DNA of 32,000 nt from Nostoc punctiforme PCC 73102 (GCF_000020025.1 NC_010628.1:4140001-4172000); one strand, 5' to 3'; positions 16,869-25,035 are shown, counted from the stretch's first letter. The notes: generated by a model from the letters alone, not told the origin. Numbers and translations: made by a program.

Positions 16869-17648
16869 TTAGTCAGATGAATCTGAAGGATAACTGTTCT
16901 TCTTTTTTAGATGGACTTCTAAATTGAGATATTTTCTAAAATAAGGAGCAAATTTTTCACAACATCTTCTATAAAATGTGAAAACAGGCCCGTGGGTTTT
17001 CCCTAATTTTAATTCTTCAACTATCTCTTTCCACGACTTCCCCTCTTCCCCTCTTTTAAGTAAAATAATTTGAAAGCTAGCTTTCGGGTTGCTATTGAAC
17101 AGTGTATTTGTGAATAATCCTTCTGGATCTTCTTTAATAAAAGCTATTAGGTTTTCAGATGGAAGAGAATTATTAACTTCTGGAGGGCAATAAACGTCGA
17201 GAATATTTATCTCAGATTCATCACTATCTTTATATATAGATGTAATTTTCCCATTCCACTTTATCCAATTAAAATTATTTATTTTTCTTTTGAAGAATAG
17301 AAAAATAAACCATCTCATGAAAGGATTTTTTCTGGGTTCATTGTTATCTATTTTTTTTACATTAATCCTTTCTGGGTCAAATTTTTCTATATTTTTACAA
17401 ACATACAACAAGGTATTTTGGAGCGTTTCTTCATAAAGATATGATAAATCGATGCTTTTTGGTTTGGGTAACTCAATTTTTATCTGCTCCATTAATACAC
17501 TCATTAGTTCTGTAAGTAAAATCTGTTTTTCTAATAATGCTTGCTGTCTCACTTCATAACTGTGCGAGTCATCCTTAGCTCGTATTGCTGCTGTTTTAGC
17601 TCTCACAGCTAGTTCTTCTAAAGAAGGCTGTGGTCGATTTTGAACCAT
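16869..17648 (-). CDS. Sigma-70-like / HTH protein (putative partner of DUF1822), 259 aa
   Basis: A region-2-like segment (LQNTLLYVCKNIEKFDPER...NPFMRWFIFLF) and a C-terminal region-4-like HTH segment (KSWKEIVEELKLGKTHGPVFTFYRRCCEKFAPYFRKYL). It lies 48 nt upstream of the DUF1822 gene on the same strand. The assignment is weak and made by eye. Confidence 0.4.
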   Translation of the reverse strand: MVQNRPQPSLEELAVRAKTAAIRAKDDSHSYEVRQQALLEKQILLTELMSVLMEQIKIELPKPKSIDLSYLYEETLQNTLLYVCKNIEKFDPERINVKKIDNNEPRKNPFMRWFIFLFFKRKINNFNWIKWNGKITSIYKDSDESEINILDVYCPPEVNNSLPSENLIAFIKEDPEGLFTNTLFNSNPKASFQIILLKRGEEGKSWKEIVEELKLGKTHGPVFTFYRRCCEKFAPYFRKYLNLEVHLKKKNSYPSDSSD

Positions 17649-17949
17649 CGCAAAATACCCCTTATTTGTGCATTTGCTATTTATTTTTAGTTATTCATTT
17701 AACTTTGATTGACAAAACTTTAACTATAAGTGTCTTCAAGACAATGACTATCCAAGCTAATTACTCCTCGCTTTTTTAGATTCCTATATCAGTCTCCAAA
17801 GATAGAGTGTAGTTTTATGCATATTGGAAAAAAATCTGAATATTTTTTCAGGTTGGAAAGACTCTTACCTTCTCACACCACATCCAAGCCACTTTTTCAT
17901 TCAAAATGAAAAGCTTAAGGAAGCAGTTGGCGAGGCTATTTGCTGATAT

Positions 17950-18115
17950 CTAACTTTTCCCGTTACTTTTAAGAGGATGCGATCGCTCCTGGAAGTGCTA
18001 TCTCAAAGTCCTATTCTCTCGTCGTTTATTGTCATTAACTCTCATGTATTGATAATATATGAGAGCTTAAAATCCTTACTATCTCAACCTTTTACGACTT
18101 AACGGGAAAAGTAAG
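17950..18115. mobile_element. 166-bp MITE-like element: 16-bp terminal inverted repeats, flanked by a perfect 10-bp direct repeat (target-site duplication)
   Basis: Left end CTAACTTTTCCCGTTA (17950-17965) matches the reverse complement of the right end, CTTACTTTTCCCGTTA (18100-18115), at 15/16 positions. TTGCTGATAT sits immediately outside both ends (17940-17949 and 18116-18125). No ORF inside. The element contains a HIP1 site (17979-17986) and an internal palindrome CTCTCAT...ATGAGAG. Confidence 0.65.
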
Positions 18116-18608
18116 TTGCTGATATAGCGGTTTTCAATAGGCGCAATACACTTTTTTTTACATCACCCCAGCCTTAGCAAGTAAGGTTACTGCTGGCGAA
18201 TGGTAGCTTTAACCCCTTATCCAAAAGATTTATATGCTTTTTGACACAACGCCAGGGGCGAGTAGGCGTAGTCTGTTGTAGACATCGCGTCCTGGAATAG
18301 CCTTAAAAAAGTTAATTTATCATTAACGATGGGTATAACCCCTAAATCGCTAGCAGTATCCATAACAAGAAGAAGAGTACTCGATAGGGTAAGGTAAGGT
18401 TTTGTAAGTCATGCAACTAAGAACTTATATATTTCTTACAGCAGTAGCTCTAATACCAGTTATCCTCCTTAATCCTCGGTTTATTTGAGAATATAATTTT
18501 TTTTGGGCTATTTTCCCGGTCTTTACAATATTTAACCTTATATATCCTCTTAATGCCTCGGTAAAGTGAGTAAACTGGAGGATAAACAGCCAAATTATTT
18601 GTTGATGA

Positions 18609-20927
18609 ATGTTGCCACATAGTTTTCTTACTCAAATGGCTTACGAGCATGAATTATCCCCAGAACAGCAGCAAGTTTTCTTGATGCGAATGGCGGATGA
18701 TTTAAGCTACGAACAAATAGCCACCCAATTGAGTACATCAGCAGATGCTTGTTTGAAACGTATGGGTCAGGTGTACAGGAAGTTCAATATTAGTGGCGTT
18801 AGTCGTGGTAAAGAAAATAAACTCAGATTTCTCCTGGCTAACAAGTTGGAACAGTCGCAACGGTTAGAGTCAAATGCTGAAGAGCCTTCAGATTATACCC
18901 AACCTGCTCATGTACCCGATTTAGAAACTGAACCCAATCTGGTAAATATCAGCCAAAAATACCTTATTTATCAAAACTTGCCAGCAAGAGAACATACAGC
19001 CTTTGTTGGTCGCGCCCAAGAAATCATGCGGCTAATGGAACTTTTGGATTTTCAGCACACCGCTCATTTAATCAGTGTGGATGGCATTGGTGGTGTAGGT
19101 AAAACTACTTTAGTCGTAGAAGTAGCTTATCGTTGCTTGGAAGTGAGCAATAACGAACATTTCGCTCCCAGCCTTCCCACCTTTGAAGCCATTATCTTTA
19201 CTTCCGCCAAACAGAATCATCTAACCTCTATTGGTATCTTGCCTCGATTAACTAGAGAACGTACTCTGTGGGATATTTGCAGGGAAATTGCTCGTGTCCT
19301 AGATCTCAGTGAAATCATTAATTTACCTTTAGAAGAACAATTCCAGCCAATTCGAGAGAAATTATCTCAAACAAAAACCTTATTAATTGTTGATAATTTA
19401 GAAACCATTGAAGACCAACAGGAAGTTCTGTCCTTTCTGTACGATTTACCACCAACGGTGAAAATTATTATCACTACTCGTGAACAAGCTTTGTTTGTAC
19501 CCATTCGCCTGGGTTGTCTACCTAAAGAAGATGCTTTGCGCCTCATCCAACATGAAGCCAAAGAAAAAAGTATAACTTTGACTACGAAAGAATCTCAGCA
19601 ACTTTTTGAGGGAGTAAGTGGAATACCTGCTGCAATTATTTATGCCGTTGGTCAGATGGCGGCGGGTTATTTACTGGAGGATGTGTTGGCACAAATCAAA
19701 GAACCTAACGGTGATGTTGCCCGTTTTTGTTTTGCAGGCTCGGTAATTCCCCTAAGAGGCACGCCCCCTTACTATTTGCTGATGGCAGTTTCACTAGGAG
19801 TAGAACCTATAACCAGAGAAGCTGCTGGCAGTATTGCTTTTGAGCAAGCTGACCCAATTGTTACAGCCCAAGGATTGGCGAAATTGCAGCAACTTTCCTT
19901 GGTTTATCAGCACCAAGGGCGCTACAACCTGCTTGAATTGACCCGCGAGTATTCTGCTGCTGAGTTAGCTGCGAATAGTGAATTGGCTCAAAAGTTACAA
20001 CAAAGATGGGTCAATTGGTATATCAAATTTTCGGAGGCTTACGGAGGCACGAATTGGAAGGAGTGGCATCTCGGCTATAGTTATTTAGAAGCTGAATGGG
20101 AAAATATCAGAGCCGTACTCGAATGGTGTATTAGTCAAGTAATGTACTGTGATGCGCGAACAATTTGGCAACAGATTAAGGGCTATATTCATGTGCGTGG
20201 ATACTGGGATGAACGTTTAGACTGGACAGCTTGGTTGATTGAAACTGCCAAACAAACTGGAGATTGGACTTTTGCAGTTGAGGTAATGAGCGATCGCGCT
20301 GGCACTTTGATTAGGATGCGCCAAGAGAGCCAGCTAAAAGAAGCAGAGATTTTGTTACAAGAAGCTTGGAATTTGCGCCACCATCAAAGTATAATCTTGC
20401 AGCTAGAGATAGCTACAAACATGGCTATTTTATATATTAATCAACAACAGTTTAAGCAAGCTCAGGAGTGGCTAACAGAAGAGGAAAAACTGTTAAAACA
20501 AGCATCGCTACCAGAGTTGAAAATAAAGGAACAACAAGTTCATATTATTTATTATCAAGGACAGATACATTTTCAATCTGGAGATTACCAGCAGGCTGAA
20601 AACGTTTTCCAGCAAGCATTAGCTGAAGCTCAACAAGCTGGATGGCAAAGAGCAGTCGTTGCTATTCAAAATTGGTTAGCAGATGTGGCTCTGAAATTAG
20701 GAAATTTAGAAGAAGCACGACGATTATTGGAATTAAGCTTTCCAATCGCAGAGAGACATAAAGATAAACGCTCTATTGCTTACCATAAGGCATCATTTGC
20801 TAAGCTGGAAAAACTATCAGGGAATTTACCTCAAGCTAAACGCTTGGCAGAAGAAGCATCGGATGGTTTTGAAAGTCTGAAGATGCTAACAGAAGCCAAA
20901 GAAATGCGTACTTTATTCTCCAGTTAA
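18609..20927 (+). CDS. STAND NTPase: N-terminal LuxR/sigma-region-4-like HTH + NB-ARC-type P-loop + C-terminal TPR array, 772 aa
   Basis: HTH-like segment: LSPEQQQVFLMRMADDLSYEQIATQLSTSADACLKRMGQVYRKF. Walker A ISVDGIGGVGKTTLV, Walker B KTLLIVDNLE, and a GLPL-like motif VSGIPAAIIY. The C-terminal third is TPR-like (GDYQQAENVFQQALAEAQQAG, GNLEEARRLLELSFPIAE). The start may instead be the second ATG at 18636 (MAYEHEL...). Confidence 0.8.
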   Translation: MLPHSFLTQMAYEHELSPEQQQVFLMRMADDLSYEQIATQLSTSADACLKRMGQVYRKFNISGVSRGKENKLRFLLANKLEQSQRLESNAEEPSDYTQPAHVPDLETEPNLVNISQKYLIYQNLPAREHTAFVGRAQEIMRLMELLDFQHTAHLISVDGIGGVGKTTLVVEVAYRCLEVSNNEHFAPSLPTFEAIIFTSAKQNHLTSIGILPRLTRERTLWDICREIARVLDLSEIINLPLEEQFQPIREKLSQTKTLLIVDNLETIEDQQEVLSFLYDLPPTVKIIITTREQALFVPIRLGCLPKEDALRLIQHEAKEKSITLTTKESQQLFEGVSGIPAAIIYAVGQMAAGYLLEDVLAQIKEPNGDVARFCFAGSVIPLRGTPPYYLLMAVSLGVEPITREAAGSIAFEQADPIVTAQGLAKLQQLSLVYQHQGRYNLLELTREYSAAELAANSELAQKLQQRWVNWYIKFSEAYGGTNWKEWHLGYSYLEAEWENIRAVLEWCISQVMYCDARTIWQQIKGYIHVRGYWDERLDWTAWLIETAKQTGDWTFAVEVMSDRAGTLIRMRQESQLKEAEILLQEAWNLRHHQSIILQLEIATNMAILYINQQQFKQAQEWLTEEEKLLKQASLPELKIKEQQVHIIYYQGQIHFQSGDYQQAENVFQQALAEAQQAGWQRAVVAIQNWLADVALKLGNLEEARRLLELSFPIAERHKDKRSIAYHKASFAKLEKLSGNLPQAKRLAEEASDGFESLKMLTEAKEMRTLFSS

Positions 20928-20941
20928 TACAAAATTGCATT

Positions 20942-21505
20942 TTATGATTGAATCATTGGAAGAGTTAAACAGGCACTTATTTGTAATAACTGATTATCCA
21001 GAGGTACTATCAGACAAGCTGTCCGCTGATATTGACTATCTTCTATGAAGCTGACAGCAAACAATTTTTCAAACAGGTATTTAGTTATTACTATAGCCTT
21101 TTTATAGTGTTGGTCTTGAAATTCTAGAGTTTCATCAACAGGAGAATAATGATGAAAAATATATCCATATAACTCCTGACAATCTTGAATGTATTTATAA
21201 GTATTTAACAGAATATGGGTGTGCCATACTTCATCAATCTCTTTGGTCGGAACTAATTCTATATCTGGGAATATAAAATGGAGGCACAAAAACATCTTAT
21301 AAAGACTGATTGCAGATTCAGTTTGTTGTAGTGTCCGTCCAGTTCCGTTATCATAACATATAAGTTTTTTAGCAATTGGCTGCCAATCCAATTTGTTTAA
21401 CTTATTGAAAAAGCTATAAATTTTTTCAGATAAACCTTGGTTAAGAACTTGCGAATTAGAAAGTGAATGTACATTTAGTGTTTCTTGATCCAAGCTTATA
21501 TTCAA
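20942..21505 (-). CDS. GRDP-like (DUF1399-type) protein, 187 aa
   Basis: Motif EIDEVWHTHILLNTYKYIQDCQELYGYIFHH fits the D-x-VWH-x-H-x-L...Y...C...YG core I recall for glycine-rich-domain-protein-like/DUF1399 proteins. Convergent with the STAND gene, with a 14-nt gap. Confidence 0.45.
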   Translation of the reverse strand: MNISLDQETLNVHSLSNSQVLNQGLSEKIYSFFNKLNKLDWQPIAKKLICYDNGTGRTLQQTESAISLYKMFLCLHFIFPDIELVPTKEIDEVWHTHILLNTYKYIQDCQELYGYIFHHYSPVDETLEFQDQHYKKAIVITKYLFEKLFAVSFIEDSQYQRTACLIVPLDNQLLQISACLTLPMIQS

Positions 21506-21951
21506 GCGACTACCTCCTTTGATAGGCTTTAGACTTTGTTAGTTACAGGGGAAACAACCTATTTTTGTCTGAGTTCCCTTATTACCCTCACAAGTCAGGA
21601 GGCAGTTTTATGCTTTTTGGCTAAAAATCTCAAGTTTTTTCAAAGAAATATTGAGAAACTGATTTTGGTAGGTAAAAATCGCTGAACTACTGGATAACAT
21701 GCTAGTCTATAGCTTCAATTTCTGATTTTAAGAAAATTTTATAAAGTTAGTCAGTAAAGTTTTGTAAAATTAGCGTCTTATAAGATAAAAATTACTCTTC
21801 TTTTGGGAGGTATTTATATAAAGTATGAAAATACCATTCCTTCTACTTTCTACCTTATTTCGTAGTCAATTATAGTGAGAACTATAATTTCTAACAACCC
21901 TATTTCATCCGTAAAACAAGATTTAGTTTTGTATTCACATAAAGAAAATAA

Positions 21952-22305
21952 TTGGCAACTAAAATGTTTATGCAAGAAGAAATTATCTCGATTGTTACCG
22001 ATAATGTTCAATTTCCAGCAGAAACAAGGAATTGGGAAGCTCCATCTGAAGGTGCTACTAAGTACAAAGTAGAGATTAGCGCCGATAAGTTAGAGCAAGA
22101 AATGGGTCGGTTTTTACAAATAGTAAGTCGTTTATTTAAACGTGCAGAGATAGAAACTGAAAAAAAACCTGGAATACACCTTGATGAAATTGAGCTATCA
22201 GTAGAAATTAATGGCGAAGGTAAGGTTAGCTTAATTGGAAGTGGTGCAAAAGCTGGTGGTAAAGCAGCAATAACCCTAAAGTTTAAACGAACCGAATTAG
22301 AGTGA
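21952..22305 (+). CDS. Small trypco2-like (trypsin-co-occurring domain 2 / CU044_2847-like) protein, 117 aa
   Basis: The C-terminal pattern HLDEIELSVEINGEGKVSLIGSGAKAGGKAAITLKFKR resembles the family hallmark (...EVEFGVKLTAEAG...AK.GGEA.LKVKLTW). Small size, and located 139 nt upstream of a CHAT protease gene. The real start may be ATG 21964. Confidence 0.55.
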   Translation: MATKMFMQEEIISIVTDNVQFPAETRNWEAPSEGATKYKVEISADKLEQEMGRFLQIVSRLFKRAEIETEKKPGIHLDEIELSVEINGEGKVSLIGSGAKAGGKAAITLKFKRTELE

Positions 22306-22444
22306 AATAGCAAATTTAAAACTAGTACCGTAAGGCGGAAGTCAAAATTCAAAATGACTATAAGATAAGCCTTTTGTTGATTTTTAATTTGTTTTTTATT
22401 TCTGGCACGCTGTACTAGCTGGTGTAATAGTAGGGATATTTTGT

Positions 22445-24544
22445 ATGTCACTGAGGTTTTTTTTAGTATGGTTTTTGTCCGCTACAGTTAACCTAAAAAA
22501 TATTCAGAAGCTTTTAAATTTTTTAGGAGGTCGCGTAGGCAGTAAAGCAATTGAGCTAGAAGTAGAAGTAAATGGCAAAAAGCTGAAAATACAATCTAGA
22601 AATCAGCAAGAGTTACTAGCGGCGATAGAAGCAACTAAAAAATTTGTCTGTACAGAAACAGTTTTGCCAGCAATACACCAGTTTCCAGAAGAAATATTCT
22701 TAAAGGTCATTACTAAATTAGAGACCGTACAAGAGTTAGAAAGAGCAAAATTTTTTGTTGAAGAAAATCGTAATAGTGGGTTATTCTTATCCGCAGATTT
22801 TTACGATATAGAACAACCATTACTACCAGCAGAAACACCACCACAGTCATCAACAAATTTATCACAACGAACAGGGCGTGGATTGAGACCGAAGCTGCCT
22901 AAATCAGAAAAAACCGAGCTAGACGCAACCAATTTCTATCACGAACCTCCACAGAATAGACCCCAAACTTCTTCAAGAAATATTCCTCCTGTTAATCAAC
23001 TCCAGACTCAACCAATAGATAATCATCAAGCTTTTCTGGAAGCTTCTTCACTGCTAATACGCTATCCTAATTTAGAATGTCTAAATCAAATTATCCTTAA
23101 CGAAAAGTTCAGCCTATTCGTCCAACTTTTGATCGAACAACCAAAGTCTAGTACTCAGGCTATCTATGTTGAGAATAGTTGTACTCCCGCACAATTGCCT
23201 GAGATAGAAGTAGTATTGCGTACTCCTCGCGGTTTTGATATTGAAGGCAACGATTATCAATTAATGCAAGTGAAACTTGACAGCGACTCTAGTGTAGAGT
23301 TTAACCTTACCGCTTGCAAACTTGGTGAGCAAGAAATCCGAGTAGATTTTTACCAATGCGATCGCCGTATTGGTACAGAAAGGTGCAGTGTACTAGTTGT
23401 GAAAGAGCCTTTAGATTACGATGTATCAAAACCAAAGGAAGTAACAAGCCTAGAGTTAAAAATAGCACCTATTGTCCCACCACCCGATTTGGAATTATGC
23501 ATTGAATTGCGCGATGATCGTACTCTCTACTTCACGTTGCATTCAAAAGTCGCAGGGTATCACCATGTCAAAGTTGGTGAATTAACCTTGAGAGGCTCAC
23601 CATTGGAGAAAATGCAGGCAGTATACAAGGAACTGGGAAGCTTAGCTGGCCCAATCAAGTCAACAGAAGAAGCTGCTGCCGAGCGGCGGTTGGCAACTTT
23701 CGGGCGTGAACTATGGGATCAACTAATTCCTGATAAATTGCAACAGGAGTATTGGCGCTTTAAATCCCTAATTTCATCTATTCTTATTACGTCTGATGAA
23801 CCTTGGGTACCGTGGGAAGTAATCAAGCCCTATCGTTATAACGAAGATGGAGAACGAGAAGACGAACCATTTTGGTGTCAGCAATTTGCTTTATCCCGTT
23901 GGTTATCAGGGCAAGGAGGCACAGTTGAAGAGTTACAAGTAGGTACGGTACGATCAATAGCTCCTACTCAAGTGAACCTGTCCGCAGTCCAGCAAGAGAT
24001 AACTTTTATCCAACAGTTACATAATTTGCGTTCAGATATCACTGTACTTGAGCCTTTTAGCACTTCTCAAGAAGTATTGGATTGGTTAGAAACCGGAAAA
24101 TTCTTTATGTTACACTTTGCCTGCCACGGTATGTTTGACGCTGCTTTGCCTAATAACTCTGCGATTAAGTTATCAGATGGTATTTTACGTCCTTCTGACA
24201 TTCGAGTCAGATTTGGTGGACGTAGACCACGCCCACTGCTTTTTATTAATGCTTGTCATGGAGGACGGTCAGAATTCAGCTTTACTGGTTTAGGTGGTTG
24301 GGCTGAACGGTTAGTGGCAGAGGCGCGTGTAGGTGTATTTGTCGGGGCTATGTGGGAAGTAAATGATGGACTAGCGTTAAGGTTTGCACAACGCTTCTAC
24401 ACAGGATTTTTAAAAAATAACGAGACTCTCGCTGAGGCATTTCGCCATGCTAGAGAAGAAATCCGCCAACTTGCACCCTACAATTCTACTTGGCTTGCAT
24501 ACTCGCTCTATGCCGACCCTCAGGGACGTGTAAATTTAAAGTAG
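22445..24544 (+). CDS. CHAT-domain (caspase-fold) protease with unassigned N-terminal and middle regions, 699 aa
   Basis: C-terminal CHAT dyad contexts: FFMLHFACHGMFDAALPNNSAIKLSDG and PLLFINACHGGRSEF. A P/Q/S-rich linker lies around residues 125-190. The N-terminal ~75 aa contains KAIELEVEVNGKKLKI, similar to the preceding small protein. Confidence 0.8.
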   Translation: MSLRFFLVWFLSATVNLKNIQKLLNFLGGRVGSKAIELEVEVNGKKLKIQSRNQQELLAAIEATKKFVCTETVLPAIHQFPEEIFLKVITKLETVQELERAKFFVEENRNSGLFLSADFYDIEQPLLPAETPPQSSTNLSQRTGRGLRPKLPKSEKTELDATNFYHEPPQNRPQTSSRNIPPVNQLQTQPIDNHQAFLEASSLLIRYPNLECLNQIILNEKFSLFVQLLIEQPKSSTQAIYVENSCTPAQLPEIEVVLRTPRGFDIEGNDYQLMQVKLDSDSSVEFNLTACKLGEQEIRVDFYQCDRRIGTERCSVLVVKEPLDYDVSKPKEVTSLELKIAPIVPPPDLELCIELRDDRTLYFTLHSKVAGYHHVKVGELTLRGSPLEKMQAVYKELGSLAGPIKSTEEAAAERRLATFGRELWDQLIPDKLQQEYWRFKSLISSILITSDEPWVPWEVIKPYRYNEDGEREDEPFWCQQFALSRWLSGQGGTVEELQVGTVRSIAPTQVNLSAVQQEITFIQQLHNLRSDITVLEPFSTSQEVLDWLETGKFFMLHFACHGMFDAALPNNSAIKLSDGILRPSDIRVRFGGRRPRPLLFINACHGGRSEFSFTGLGGWAERLVAEARVGVFVGAMWEVNDGLALRFAQRFYTGFLKNNETLAEAFRHAREEIRQLAPYNSTWLAYSLYADPQGRVNLK

Positions 24545-24642
24545 AAGAAAATTAGCCAAAACCCATTTTGCCACGACGCCTCGTCTGTAAATTTTACCTA
24601 GACTAGGTTTCAGAAAAAACTTTTCTTTAGAAACACCTTCTT

Positions 24643-24822
24643 AGCTCGACTTTATCCATTTTTACTAAACCCAAAAACCTGACGCTGAAACCATTGTAGA
24701 AGAGTAGTTTGAGTTTTTGGGCTTGAGCGCGAATCAGTGATATGGAAAAATTATTTGCCAAAAAACCAGGATTTTTGTCGGATAAGGAAAGCCGAGTTCT
24801 GAATTTTGGATAAAGTCGAGCT
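24643..24822. repeat. 180-bp element bounded by a perfect 16-bp inverted repeat, with a nested 9-bp inverted repeat
   Basis: AGCTCGACTTTATCCA (24643-24658) is the exact reverse complement of TGGATAAAGTCGAGCT (24807-24822). The inner pair is CCCAAAAAC (24670-24678) and GTTTTTGGG (24713-24721). It lies in the gap between convergent genes. Confidence 0.6.
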
Positions 24823-24894
24823 TATTTTAAGCAACGATAAACGAGCCGTTTCTGACTTTGAAGTGTCAAGGCAGATATAGAGCGCAATTGGAGA

Positions 24895-25035
24895 GGTGCG
24901 ATTATGCAGAGCGTATTGCCTAGTCGCAGTTTTTGATAACTTTGAGCCACTAATTACACGAAATTAAAATTTTGTTGAATGAAGGCATCCCGTCCATCAA
25001 ACTGCGACCTAGCAAAAGTGTTATGCGGTCGCACC
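24895..25035. repeat. ~140-nt imperfect long hairpin / inverted repeat
   Basis: The outer stem is GGTGCGA (24895-24901) with TCGCACC (25029-25035). The inner arms are CTAGTCGCAGTTTTTGAT (24920-24937) and ATCAAACTGCGACCTAG (24997-25012), complementary apart from indels. Confidence 0.5.

Noticed and set aside
18450-18650. 66-aa minus-strand ORF overlapping the start of the STAND gene.
   Set aside because: No RBS and no recognisable motif. It overlaps the better-supported plus-strand start region and lies in AT-rich intergenic DNA where short ORFs arise by chance.
24743-24814. 23-codon mini-ORF (MEKLFAKKPGFLSDKESRVLNFG) inside inverted-repeat element 1.
   Set aside because: It is too short, has no RBS, and its end is formed by the terminal inverted repeat. 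It is most likely fortuitous.
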